This document shows positions 11,251-21,588 of a DNA stretch of 64,000 nucleotides, in pieces. The translations under genes and the position numbers were made by a program. The DNA comes from Deltaproteobacteria bacterium TL4. GTDB lineage: Bacteria; SAR324; NAC60-12. Position 1 is the first letter of the stretch. Each line of letters opens with the position of its first letter. The notes below the pieces were generated by a model. It searched no databases and had not been told where the DNA came from. It saw nothing but the letters and a program-made list of their open reading frames with translations. Where the stretch lies: contig JBBCAX010000034.1 of the NCBI GenBank assembly GCA_051382335.1, positions 20,512 through 84,511 of the forward strand. Direction: 5' to 3'.

Positions 11251-13131
11251 TTACTTTTCAAGGCAACTGGAAAGGATCCGACTTCGAGAAGCATGACTCA
11301 ACTTGCTAAGCGCTTTTGCTTCAATTTGCCGAATACGTTCTCTTGTGACATTGAAAGTCTGGCCTATTTCCTCGAGAGTGTGGTCATAATCACAATCAAT
11401 GCCGAACCGCATTTTGATCACTTTGGCCTCGCGATTAGTCAACGAATTTAAAGCAACATTAATACGATCCTGATCATCCCGATAGGTGGCCCATTCTCCA
11501 GGCGTTTCACAATTGTCATTTTCCAAAACATCCAATAGCGACATACCTTCCTCGTCTTCAAGCAGCGTATCCAACGACGTCGGTTCCTTGACAATACACA
11601 ACGCTTCCATCACTTTGTCATGAACAATACTGGTCTTATCAGCAAGTTCATTAATACTGGGCTCGCGTCCTAAAAAGCTGACAAGCCGTCGGCGCGCACG
11701 CTGAAGTTTAGCGGTGGTTTCAACCATATGAATAGGGATCCTGATAGTACGGCCTTTATCCGCAATAGATCTCACAATCGATTGGCGTATCCACCAAGTC
11801 GCATAGGTTGAGAACTTATAACCTCTCCGATATTCAAAGGACTCTACCGCACGTATCAGCCCAATGTTTCCTTCCTGGATCAAATCAAGAAACTGAAGAC
11901 CTCGATTGCAGTAACGCCTCGCAATTGTAACCACCAAATGCATATGGGCTTCAATGAACTTATGAGTCACCTGTCCCGATCGTCTTTCAATGCTTTTCAA
12001 GTTTTTTATGTCTTCCTGAAAGGCCTGGAGAGGCACCCCGGTTTGACTCTCCAGACGTTCCAGACGCGTTTTTTGAATGACATAACACTCTTGATACCGT
12101 CTTAAACTTCGCAAATCCTCACCAGTCTGTTTCCATGCGGATTTCCGTACCACTTTTTGTTCAGCCTGATCCAAGGCCACCCAATTTTCAATCTCTTCCA
12201 CACTGTATGAGGACGCCTCCAACTTTCGAGTGTAATAGGTTGATAGCCGTAGCGCCTCTGTTACATGGTCATTATGCCGCATCATCAACTGATAAAGTTT
12301 TTGAAGCTGCCTTGATGTAAAGTTGAGAGAACAAATCGCTTCACTCATTTGAGTGGACAGATTTTTAAGCATTAATTTTCTGGGTTTGGCCTTTGCTGAT
12401 TCAATAGTCCACTCATCATAAGCGGACTTTAAACTGTTGAGAACCCCTAAAACTTGAGCACGCACGACTTCTTCATCTTGAAGCTCATTGTTATCGTAAT
12501 TGATTGTCGTCACATACTGACCCACATCTGAGTCAGATGGCTCTATACGTGGAATCCATGCCAGTAAATGTTTGACTACAATCATCGAACCGCTGATGAT
12601 CTGGGCCGTTTTAATACGGAAATCTTCAAGTTGTTGAGCCATCGCGGTGGCTTCGTCCCGACTGAGAGATTTGATCTTTCCGATTTCTCTCAAATATTGA
12701 TTCACCAAATCATCAAAAGGAGATTCCGTAGGTAACTCCGTATCACTTTCGGACACAACACGTTTTTTCTTTTTGGATGCGACAACCACCTCACCAGAAG
12801 AGTCGTCAACATCAACAGCATCATCAGCATCATCAGCATCATCAGAATCGTCTGAGTCATCACTTTCCGAAACAGGTTGTCCCTGAATCAGTTGAATCTC
12901 TAATTCCGAAAGTGTTTTAGAAATGTTGCGCCACTCGTTCGAAGAAATATTTTTCTGGGGGAAAAGTGCTTGAATTTCTTCCTGGGTGATTGTTCCTTCT
13001 TCTCGACTCTGAAGGAGCGATTGAACGTGCTTTAATGAAATGGGATTGCTGGCTGTTTCCATAACAGACTTGCTCATACTGGGCCTTTCATTGCTAATCT
13101 TGCGGAACCTCATCAAGTCGAATGACCTCAT
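11251..13131 (-). CDS. Sigma-70 factor, RpoD-like (group 1/2)
   Basis: RGLQFLDLIQEGNIGL, YKFSTYATWWIRQ, RTIRIPIHM, TLEEIGQTFNVTRERIRQIEAKAL, plus an acidic linker. Divergent, so it may be an RpoD paralog. Confidence 0.9.
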   Translation of the reverse strand: MRSFDLMRFRKISNERPSMSKSVMETASNPISLKHVQSLLQSREEGTITQEEIQALFPQKNISSNEWRNISKTLSELEIQLIQGQPVSESDDSDDSDDADDADDAVDVDDSSGEVVVASKKKKRVVSESDTELPTESPFDDLVNQYLREIGKIKSLSRDEATAMAQQLEDFRIKTAQIISGSMIVVKHLLAWIPRIEPSDSDVGQYVTTINYDNNELQDEEVVRAQVLGVLNSLKSAYDEWTIESAKAKPRKLMLKNLSTQMSEAICSLNFTSRQLQKLYQLMMRHNDHVTEALRLSTYYTRKLEASSYSVEEIENWVALDQAEQKVVRKSAWKQTGEDLRSLRRYQECYVIQKTRLERLESQTGVPLQAFQEDIKNLKSIERRSGQVTHKFIEAHMHLVVTIARRYCNRGLQFLDLIQEGNIGLIRAVESFEYRRGYKFSTYATWWIRQSIVRSIADKGRTIRIPIHMVETTAKLQRARRRLVSFLGREPSINELADKTSIVHDKVMEALCIVKEPTSLDTLLEDEEGMSLLDVLENDNCETPGEWATYRDDQDRINVALNSLTNREAKVIKMRFGIDCDYDHTLEEIGQTFNVTRERIRQIEAKALSKLSHASRSRILSSCLEK

Positions 13132-13278
13132 ACTCTGGTTTCCAATGACTTCAAGTTTGATTTAATACAGCAAGACATGTACCATTGTAGACAATCAAAC
13201 TCAAACTTGCATCAACGCATATGAAATGATATCACCAAAAACAAACTGGCAACCTAATAGACTCACACAAGGATTCTT

Positions 13279-13614
13279 ATGAAGATGCATAATTCTCCCT
13301 TTTGGCTTTACTTCGGAATGTGGCTGTTGGTACTTCTTGATATGTCCTGCAGTTTAGACTCCAAAGAATTCAGTACACGCTATAGCGAAGGATATCAGGT
13401 AGAAGGCTACGCCCCTACGAACACGGCCGCCACGGGAACAGCCTGTGCTCGTCAATATCGAGATGCCGCTGACGCCGCAAAAAACGCGGCCCTTTTCAAT
13501 TTAAGATCGGTTGTAGGCAACTACCGTTACGTCATACACTATCGTGAATCCCGACGCTTTCAAAAGGGCAGTCAGACGTGTATCGAAATGATCGCTATCG
13601 CTCGTGAACCCTGA
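13279..13614 (+). CDS. Hypothetical exported protein / possible lipoprotein
   Basis: Hydrophobic N-terminus ending in SC; AAGGA RBS upstream. Confidence 0.6.
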   Translation: MKMHNSPFWLYFGMWLLVLLDMSCSLDSKEFSTRYSEGYQVEGYAPTNTAATGTACARQYRDAADAAKNAALFNLRSVVGNYRYVIHYRESRRFQKGSQTCIEMIAIAREP

Positions 13615-13683
13615 TTTTTAAAAAAACTAAAAAGTGGTTTACGCTATTTGCACTACATTATCAACAAAATAAAGAAAAAAATT

Positions 13684-13905
13684 ATGGTCATTGCAGATTT
13701 AAAACAAGACTGCTCTTCATGCAAAGGGAGTGGTAAAGCTTATGGTTTTGATGAATACGGAACGTTGCGGCATAAAATAACCCCTATTTGTTTGACCTGT
13801 CGGGGAAAAGGTTACGTACTGACAGCTTTGGGACAGGAGGTTTGGGACCTCTTTCAGCCTTTGGTGGAAGAACTCCTCTTGGGGAAAAAAGGGAATCGTG
13901 ATTAA
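13684..13905 (+). CDS. Small CxxCxGxG zinc-finger protein, anti-TRAP (RtpA)-like
   Basis: MVIADLKQDCSSCKGSG...CLTCRGKGYVLTALG matches the anti-TRAP layout. Confidence 0.55.
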   Translation: MVIADLKQDCSSCKGSGKAYGFDEYGTLRHKITPICLTCRGKGYVLTALGQEVWDLFQPLVEELLLGKKGNRD

Positions 13906-14857
13906 AATTAAATTTTTGAAACTTCTACAAACTATGGTGACCCTCCTTTTTATGCTCGGATTCGTTATTCGGCCTCCAACGTTGAGTTTGATAGCGAAAC
14001 CCTTCTCAGCGTTCCAATTGAAAGGAAGGGCCGTCGGGGATGTCTCCGCAAAACTGAAGGAGTTAAGCGGACTGGCACATTGTCAAACAACCCCCGAGTG
14101 GATATGGGCCATCAATGACAAAGGGAATGAACCCGTACTCTACGCACTTTCAGAACAAGCGATGATTGTCGGTTCCTATCTTTTACCTCAACATTCCAAT
14201 CGGGATTGGGAAGATCTCGCCTGTGGACGATGTTTATCTACCTCCCAGGAATGTCTCTATATTGGCGATATTGGCAGCAATGATGAGCTACGGAAAAAGG
14301 TTCGAGTTTACATGATTTCTTTACCGATTTCTTTGGATAAACAATCAAAAAATCAGATAACGCCCATAAAATTAGTTTTAAACTATCCTGATGGTGGGCA
14401 TAATGCGGAAACATTACTGGCCCATCCGAAGTTGCCCTTACTTCTGGTCATTACCAAAACAGGCGCAAAAAATGGATTTAGGAAAAATCCTGGCCTCTAT
14501 CGCTATGCTGTTTCCGGTGAAGAGAAGAATCATCATAAACGGGTTATGTCTTATATGGGAGAAATTCCGCTGTTGAATATTTTAACCGTGGGGGATCCTG
14601 TCGATTATTTTCAAATAACTGGAGGTGATTTTTACCTTGATGGTAGTTGGATACTCCTTACAAGTAATAGCCTTTTGTACCGATTGCCCTGGCCTTTTGC
14701 TGGAAAAAAAGATATCCCAATCTCGGTTTGGAAAAATGTTCAACGTCCTCAAGTTGAGAGTGTGGCCTTTCATCGCAATGGAAAACAATTTTGGGTTGCC
14801 TCAGAAGCTCATCACAAAACAGAGCCTTTATTCTTGATGGATATTCCAGGGTTATAA
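13898..14857 (+). CDS. Exported beta-propeller-like hypothetical protein
   Basis: ELSGLA, WAINDKGN, DWEDLA, LYIGDIGSN and NAETL motifs. Confidence 0.7.
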   Translation: MIKIKFLKLLQTMVTLLFMLGFVIRPPTLSLIAKPFSAFQLKGRAVGDVSAKLKELSGLAHCQTTPEWIWAINDKGNEPVLYALSEQAMIVGSYLLPQHSNRDWEDLACGRCLSTSQECLYIGDIGSNDELRKKVRVYMISLPISLDKQSKNQITPIKLVLNYPDGGHNAETLLAHPKLPLLLVITKTGAKNGFRKNPGLYRYAVSGEEKNHHKRVMSYMGEIPLLNILTVGDPVDYFQITGGDFYLDGSWILLTSNSLLYRLPWPFAGKKDIPISVWKNVQRPQVESVAFHRNGKQFWVASEAHHKTEPLFLMDIPGL

Positions 14858-15035
14858 GCTTTCAATATCAGGGAAACTAGTCTAAGGTGGAAGATGGATT
14901 TTGTTAGTTTGAGGGGATTCCTAATCCCTAAAAAACCGGATTGTGACAAAGACCCAGTGGTTGTGCGGAACAGACCAATCTTAGCCATGCTATCCAAACT
15001 TGGACGGATAGATTTCATAAATATATGGAGAAATT

Positions 15036-15320
15036 ATGAGTGAGAGTGTTGATGAGTTGACAATACGTTACGAAGAAAACGATATTGAAGTCATAAAGGA
15101 ATTGAAAAAACATATCTTGTCTAAAGGAGCCTGGACAACCATTATGTTTCTATATCAGGAGTGGGACCGAGCTAAAGAAGCCTATAGCGAGCCTAAAGTC
15201 AGTATCCGCCGATATCAAAAAAGGAATAATCAGTTTAGTCAAAAATCAAAATTTAATATTTCCAGTGCAAAACAAGGCTTGGAAGTTGCCAAAATGTTAC
15301 AGGAGTGGTTTCCTGAATGA
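15036..15320 (+). CDS. Conserved hypothetical protein
   Basis: GGAG RBS; ATGA overlap with the next gene. Confidence 0.7.
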   Translation: MSESVDELTIRYEENDIEVIKELKKHILSKGAWTTIMFLYQEWDRAKEAYSEPKVSIRRYQKRNNQFSQKSKFNISSAKQGLEVAKMLQEWFPE

Positions 15321-16690
15321 ACTCCGGTATTCAACTGAAACTGCAGTCGTCTCCCCAATCATTATTTAAAATTCTGTTAAGAAAGCAGGGTACCGGCGTA
15401 CTTTTGGAAAGCAGTGATTATCATGAACGCTATGGTCAGTACTCCTTGATGAGTACGAACCCTGTTGCCTGGATTGAAAGCTGTCAACAGAAAATCACCG
15501 TAGGGCATGGCGAGCAACAGGCGGAAGTTCAAGGGGATGTTTTTGTTATTTTAAAGCAATTATTAGAACAATATCAACCTGTTGTTGTTCCCAGCGTTTC
15601 TCATTTTACAGGCGGAGCGATTGGAGTGATCGGTTATGATTTTTGTCAAAACTATTGGCCTCGTCACCACGTTGGCAAACCCGGTGTCTGGCCCGATTGT
15701 TATTTTGGAATCTATCCCTGGGTTTTGGTTTATCATCATCAATACCACCAGTACTTTTTTTATGGCAATACTACGGAATGGATTCCATTGCTTGAGGAAT
15801 ATGATCAGGAGTCTGACACAACGTTTGATTCTGACCTCAACATCGGTCCCTTGAAATCTTCTGTTGAGCCCCGAGAATATTTAGCTCAAATTGAACAAAT
15901 TCAGAACTGGATTCGTCAAGGCGATGTTTACCAAGTCAATCTTTCTCAGCAATATAAAACGAAATATACTTGTTCTTCTCAGGAACCTCTTCTGGCCGAG
16001 TATCAACTTTACCAAAATTTAATGCGGCACAATCCTGCCCCCTTTTCCGGCTTTATGCCTTTACGAAATCAACAAACGGTGCTCAGTTCCTCTCCAGAAT
16101 TATTTTTCTCTCTTCAATCAGGGCATGTGGTGATGCGACCTATAAAGGGAACAGCGCCACGACATCAAGAACGACGTCTTGATGAAGCACAAAAAATACA
16201 GCTTTGGAATAGCGAGAAAGATAAAGCGGAATTGATGATGATTATTGATTTGGAGCGCAATGATTTGGGCCGAGTTGCGGAATATGGAAGCATTCAGGTG
16301 AGCCATTTGCAGCAACTTGAAAGTTATGCAACCGTCCATCATCTCGTCGCGACTATTGAAGGCCAATTGGTACCGCAAGCCGGTGTTTTTGATTTATTAA
16401 AAGCGACCTTCCCTTGTGGCTCAGTAACAGGTGCTCCCAAACTAAGAGCAATGGAACGGATTTATCAGTTGGAACGTGTGCCACGGGCTATCTATACGGG
16501 AAGCCTGGGATGGATTGATTTTAACGGAAACGCTGCTTTTAATGTTGCCATCAGAACGTTGCTCATACACAACAAGGAAATCACCTTTAATGTAGGAGGC
16601 GGTATCGTTATCGACAGCATTCCTCAAAAAGAATATGAGGAAACGCTGCACAAGGGACAAGGGATGATGCGAGCGTTGGGAAAGGACTAA
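15317..16690 (+). CDS. pabB: Aminodeoxychorismate synthase component I / anthranilate synthase-like
   Basis: GDVYQVNLS, PAPFS, SSSPELF, RPIKGT, IDLERNDLG, SVTGAPKLRAM. Confidence 0.85.
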   Translation: MNSGIQLKLQSSPQSLFKILLRKQGTGVLLESSDYHERYGQYSLMSTNPVAWIESCQQKITVGHGEQQAEVQGDVFVILKQLLEQYQPVVVPSVSHFTGGAIGVIGYDFCQNYWPRHHVGKPGVWPDCYFGIYPWVLVYHHQYHQYFFYGNTTEWIPLLEEYDQESDTTFDSDLNIGPLKSSVEPREYLAQIEQIQNWIRQGDVYQVNLSQQYKTKYTCSSQEPLLAEYQLYQNLMRHNPAPFSGFMPLRNQQTVLSSSPELFFSLQSGHVVMRPIKGTAPRHQERRLDEAQKIQLWNSEKDKAELMMIIDLERNDLGRVAEYGSIQVSHLQQLESYATVHHLVATIEGQLVPQAGVFDLLKATFPCGSVTGAPKLRAMERIYQLERVPRAIYTGSLGWIDFNGNAAFNVAIRTLLIHNKEITFNVGGGIVIDSIPQKEYEETLHKGQGMMRALGKD

Positions 16691-16991
16691 TTCTTGCTGT
16701 ATTTTTAGTTTCACTTTCAAAACTTGTTCCCCTCTGCCATCTCAGACCTTTTTGAAAAGCCTCATCCTTGGAGACAGCTTGCGTTTTACAGGGACTATCG
16801 TAATTTAAAGGATCACTAGTCAATTTCTTGAATTATGTTAAACTGAGACTTAGTCCCTTAGAAGTTAAATTTTGAGTAAAAGCACAAAATAATTTTAACG
16901 TAAAGGCGCAGAGGGCGCAAAGAAACGCAGAGCTGAATTTTAATGAAAAGCGTTTTTTATTGACTCACTTTTTTGGTGAAAATCCCTTTCT

Positions 16992-18869
16992 GTGGAGAGT
17001 ATCTTGAATCGATTTACTTTTTTAGTCATTGTCACTTTAATGTTCATGCAAAGCGTTGCTCAAGGAGACTCTTCAGCACCTGGAACGTCTTTATTTCCAC
17101 GAGCCGAGATTGTTAAAATTCAGGTCTATTTTTGGAAGAAAGTCTATACTGAAATCACAACAACCGAGGGCTATCTTCACGACAGTGAGTCAATCTTACC
17201 TATTTATGAGAAGGTTTCAGTACAAAACCTGTCAAGGAAAGAAGCCCGCAACTTGGTAAACGCGCAGAAACGTCAAGTGGAGCAAAAGCTTTATCAATTG
17301 GCGGATGCCTTACAGACGCAACAAACGCTAACCGCAGAGCAAAGCCGTTTACTCCAGCTTTTCTATGCGAACATCACTCCCCATCAATTAAGAACAGCGG
17401 CACATCGATTGCGTTTTCAATATGGTTTGTCTGATCGTTTTCAACAAGGGTTGATTCGTGCTGGTGCTTATATGCCTTATATTAAGAAAATTTTTGAGCA
17501 ACAGGGTCTTCCTATGGAATTGGTCCATATTCCTCATGTCGAATCCTCTTTTAATTGGGTATCTCATTCTAAAATAGGAGCCAAAGGAATTTGGCAATTT
17601 ATGTCCAGAACAGGTCGAGAGTATATGAAATTAGACGCAAGTATTGATGAACGAATAGACCCTTTCATTTCGACTCAAGCGGCGGCAAAACTTTTGAAGA
17701 AAAATTATGAAATTTTAGGAAGTTGGCCGCTGGCGATTACAGCGTATAACCACGGTCCCAATGGCATTCGAAGAATTGCGAAAAGAATGGAAAGTGAGGA
17801 TCTCGGTTATTTGATCCGACACTATGAAAGTCGGAGTTTTAATTTTGCGAGTAAAAATTTTTATGCCGAAGTGCTTGCCGCAGGAGATGTCGCGGAAAAT
17901 TATCAACAGTATTTTGGACAACTGACCTTAAACGAGCCTCTCCATTTTCAAAATATCCGCCTGCCTCAACCCATGTATTTGCAGACGGTTCTCTCAATTC
18001 TCGATTATCCTCGTTCACAAATTCTCAATTTAAATCCTGCTTTAACTTATGCTGTAATTCAGGGTTATCGTCAAATTCCGACTTCTTATCTTTTCAAAGT
18101 TCCTGAGAGGGCAGATACACCCATTAGGCTTAAGCCCCAGATTTTTGCAAATTTTTCTTCCGCACAGGCAGCAGAATCGCCAAATACGGACTTACCTCTT
18201 TCTGAATCAACACCAACCTCGTCAGTTTCAGATGTAGACATTGCTGCCACACCAAGGGAACGCAGCCAAGCCTTGGATCAACGCCTGGAAGAAGACGGAA
18301 GCGAAGTGAAATGGGAGCAACCTACTGTTATTGTTCAAAAAGGAGATTCCCTGTTTTCAATTGCGCTTCAACATCGCGTTTCCGTGCCAAAACTTGCGGA
18401 AAAGAACGGATTATCTCTCGAAAATCCCAGAATTTATCCGAACCAGAAACTTTATCTTCCTCTTGAACCACAAAAAATATCAGTGATTAAAATCCCCATT
18501 ACTCCGGCATTTACGGTTTCTGCAGAAGAACCTTTAACACGATATGTCAGTGTGTTTCAAGGAGACACGTTACTCAACCTTTCCAAACGATATCAAATCG
18601 ACATTGATGAATTGGCGTCTGTCAATCAACTGAAACCCGATAGTTCTACCTATCCTGGGCAAAAACTGAAACTGCCTGGAAGCTGGTTACCTGATATTGA
18701 AGGTTCTGTGTCCAGCAATCGTCCAGCGACCGTCATAGTACGGTCTGGAGATAGTTTATGGTCCATTTCACAAAAAGTTGGAATCCCTATGCATCAGTTG
18801 ATGCTAGTCAATGGACTTTCACAGCGGTCGGTGATTTATCCTGGACAACAATTGATAGTAGGTCTATGA
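16992..18869 (+). CDS. Lytic transglycosylase with three LysM domains (MltD-like)
   Basis: PHVESSF, GAKGIWQFM and AYNHG SLT motifs; three V.xGD.L..I LysM repeats. Confidence 0.9.
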   Translation: MESILNRFTFLVIVTLMFMQSVAQGDSSAPGTSLFPRAEIVKIQVYFWKKVYTEITTTEGYLHDSESILPIYEKVSVQNLSRKEARNLVNAQKRQVEQKLYQLADALQTQQTLTAEQSRLLQLFYANITPHQLRTAAHRLRFQYGLSDRFQQGLIRAGAYMPYIKKIFEQQGLPMELVHIPHVESSFNWVSHSKIGAKGIWQFMSRTGREYMKLDASIDERIDPFISTQAAAKLLKKNYEILGSWPLAITAYNHGPNGIRRIAKRMESEDLGYLIRHYESRSFNFASKNFYAEVLAAGDVAENYQQYFGQLTLNEPLHFQNIRLPQPMYLQTVLSILDYPRSQILNLNPALTYAVIQGYRQIPTSYLFKVPERADTPIRLKPQIFANFSSAQAAESPNTDLPLSESTPTSSVSDVDIAATPRERSQALDQRLEEDGSEVKWEQPTVIVQKGDSLFSIALQHRVSVPKLAEKNGLSLENPRIYPNQKLYLPLEPQKISVIKIPITPAFTVSAEEPLTRYVSVFQGDTLLNLSKRYQIDIDELASVNQLKPDSSTYPGQKLKLPGSWLPDIEGSVSSNRPATVIVRSGDSLWSISQKVGIPMHQLMLVNGLSQRSVIYPGQQLIVGL

Positions 18870-21541
18870 AGTTGCGTTGCTCGTTCGAATTCAAGTGGGT
18901 TTTGCTGGGCTTCTATGTGGTTGCCCTCTGTCTGGTAACAGGATCCGTCCTTAGCGCGGCACAACCTGAAGTGTCTCAAGCTTACGATGAAGAAGAACGA
19001 ATACTTACCGCCATCCAAATCAACCCCAAACATTCGATGGGATATGCTCGCCTTTCCCTTTATTACCAACAACAAAAACGTTGGGATGATGCGGTTGAAG
19101 CCCTTGAAAAAGGCCTAAGTGTTGATCCCAAATCGGTTCCCCTTTTACGGATGAGAGGGAAGTTGCATCAAGTTCTGGGGAACCCCAATCAAGCGCTAAA
19201 ATTTTACGATGAAGTGTTGGAGAACAATCCTGAGCCAACCCTGCTTTTAGACAGGGCTCAAATGCTTTGGAGTTTTCATAATGTTCAGCCTGCAATTAAA
19301 GATCTGAAGCAGGCGTTAGAACAAGCGCCTGAATTGTTTGAAGTCCATCTTTTGTTGGGATTGATTTATTCGACTCAGAAAAAAGGGAATGAGGCCTTGA
19401 ACGAGCTCATTCGGGCAGCCCAACTGGAAGGACAGCATTCCGAGCTCTGGCGTCAAATCAGTTTATTGTGGAAGGAACGGGGTGATTTTCCCAAAGCCCG
19501 TTCAGCGATGTATGAAGCGGTAAAACTCAATCCTAATTCCTATCAGTATTTGCAACTGTATGCTTCCATGTTGGAAAAGACGATTTATGAGGAAGAGACG
19601 CAGAAGGAGTTAGCAAGTGTTTTGAAATCCATGCTGCATCTTTTTCCTGAAGATGCCTGGACTCATGGACATTACGGAAATTTGGAATTTTATCTCAAAC
19701 AGGAAGCTCAAGCGGAAGCCTCTTTGACGCAGGCAGTGACGATTCGTAAAGATTACCCTTGGGCATGGTTTCGTTTGGGCTCGTTATATACTCAGCAGAA
19801 ACGCTGGGATTTGGCGGTGAGTTCGTTTATGAAAGGGTTGGAATACGAACCTGATAACCTTCAAGTGAAGAAACAATTGGTTTTAGTTTATGAAATGCAG
19901 GAGGATTTGCCCAAAGCCATCCCGCTGTATCAGCTTCTGCTCAAAAAAGCTCCTGAAGCAGAGCTGTTTCAAAGACTTTCGCAGTTATATTGGAAAGCGT
20001 TAAAATTCCAGGAAGCGTTGGAAACGTTGAAGCAAGGGTTGAGGCTCTTTCCTGAAAATCCAGAGTTGAATTGGGAGTTAGGCAGTTATTATGAAGCCTC
20101 TATGCAGTTGCCCAAAGCAAAAGCCGCCTACTTGAGTATCTTGGAAAAAAACCCCGCACACCTTCAAGCCTTGGTAAAATTAGCCCTTTTGGAAAAAAAG
20201 TTAAGGCATCCAAAGCAAAGCCAGTCCTATTTCAAACAAATACTTCAGCTTGCTCCGCAATATCACTGGGCTTACATTCAACTGATACGTCTGCAATTGC
20301 AAGATCCTCATTTTGAAGAGCAAGCAGAACAAAGTTTACTCCAGTATTTGAAAGGAGATCCCAACTCAGAATGGGGCTACCTTCAACTCGGGTTATTACA
20401 ATTGAAGCAAAAACGTTTTCAGGAAGCGGAAGCTACGTTGAAACTGGGACTTGACAAGTACGCTCAATCGAGTTGGCTTCATGAGTCACTGGCCCTGGTT
20501 TATGAAGCTCAAGGAAAGTGGACTGAGGCCCTGGCAGAATTTAATAGCGCTACAGTATCCCGCCCTGATGATCCCTCGTTGTTGAGTCATCAAAGCTTTA
20601 TTTATACACAATTGCAACAACCCGCTCAAGCCTTGGAAAAAATCACGAGTTCCATGTTAGTGACGGATTGGGGGTTGTGGGAGTGGTATCAATTCATGCT
20701 GCTTCATCCTCAAACTTACCAAGAAACCTGGTTGGGAAAAGATCTAGCCTGGGTAAAACCTATTTTGAATGATATTTTGAGTTATCGATTTCAACAAGCT
20801 CAGGCACAAATTGAAGTTGCGCCCTTGGAAGAAATAGCTCGTGAAGCCTTAAAACGATTTTTGTCACTGGCTCAATCCAAGGGAAAAGTGAAACCCTTCG
20901 CTGAACAAGCGTTCAAAACCAAGCCTCCGCTATGGGTTCAGTTCCAAGAAGGCTTTATTCAGGAAAGACAAGGCAACCTGGCTAGTGCGATCCGGCATTA
21001 CCTTCAGGTATTACAAGACGTCCCGGAGCCCTCCTGGATTCATATTCGCTTGGGTGTGGTCTACGAAAAACAAGACCAGCTCGAACAAAGCATTCACCAT
21101 TACTCCCTCTTTGTTCAGCACTATCCCCATTCCCTGTGGGGAACCTTTCGCATTGCGGTCAATATGGGGTTGTTGGGAAAAGAAGCGGAAGCCATTGAAA
21201 AATACAAAACGATTCTTAACGTATATTCAAAACATGCGGCAAGCCTGAACAACCTCGCCTGGCTCTATTTAACCAGTCCCACACAACAAAAAAATGTGTC
21301 CTCAGCGTTGAAGCTCGCAAAACTGGCAGTAGATCTTCAAGACTCGGATGACCACCTGGATACCCTTGCGGAAGCCTACTTTCAGTCAGGCAATCAATCA
21401 CAAGCAATTGAAACCATTAAAAGAGCTATTTTAAAGAGCACGTTGAATTCAAAAAAATTCAAATACTTAATGCAGCAGTACGAACGTTTTCAACAGGGTG
21501 AATTAAAATCGTTACCTGGACCTTTTGAGGAAAGCACCTAG
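18866..21541 (+). CDS. Exported tetratricopeptide-repeat protein
   Basis: Many TPR units and a C-terminal LNNLAW..DTLAEAYF. ATG at 18866 overlaps the upstream stop (ATGA). Confidence 0.85.
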   Translation: MKLRCSFEFKWVLLGFYVVALCLVTGSVLSAAQPEVSQAYDEEERILTAIQINPKHSMGYARLSLYYQQQKRWDDAVEALEKGLSVDPKSVPLLRMRGKLHQVLGNPNQALKFYDEVLENNPEPTLLLDRAQMLWSFHNVQPAIKDLKQALEQAPELFEVHLLLGLIYSTQKKGNEALNELIRAAQLEGQHSELWRQISLLWKERGDFPKARSAMYEAVKLNPNSYQYLQLYASMLEKTIYEEETQKELASVLKSMLHLFPEDAWTHGHYGNLEFYLKQEAQAEASLTQAVTIRKDYPWAWFRLGSLYTQQKRWDLAVSSFMKGLEYEPDNLQVKKQLVLVYEMQEDLPKAIPLYQLLLKKAPEAELFQRLSQLYWKALKFQEALETLKQGLRLFPENPELNWELGSYYEASMQLPKAKAAYLSILEKNPAHLQALVKLALLEKKLRHPKQSQSYFKQILQLAPQYHWAYIQLIRLQLQDPHFEEQAEQSLLQYLKGDPNSEWGYLQLGLLQLKQKRFQEAEATLKLGLDKYAQSSWLHESLALVYEAQGKWTEALAEFNSATVSRPDDPSLLSHQSFIYTQLQQPAQALEKITSSMLVTDWGLWEWYQFMLLHPQTYQETWLGKDLAWVKPILNDILSYRFQQAQAQIEVAPLEEIAREALKRFLSLAQSKGKVKPFAEQAFKTKPPLWVQFQEGFIQERQGNLASAIRHYLQVLQDVPEPSWIHIRLGVVYEKQDQLEQSIHHYSLFVQHYPHSLWGTFRIAVNMGLLGKEAEAIEKYKTILNVYSKHAASLNNLAWLYLTSPTQQKNVSSALKLAKLAVDLQDSDDHLDTLAEAYFQSGNQSQAIETIKRAILKSTLNSKKFKYLMQQYERFQQGELKSLPGPFEEST

Positions 21542-21588
21542 TCTGTCTGAATTTCAGTTTCCTCTGGACCTTTAACCGAAGATATTTT

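Noticed and set aside
16895..16932. AAAGGCGCAGAGGGCGCAAAG short repeat
   Set aside because: Single short degenerate intergenic repeat with no supportable function.
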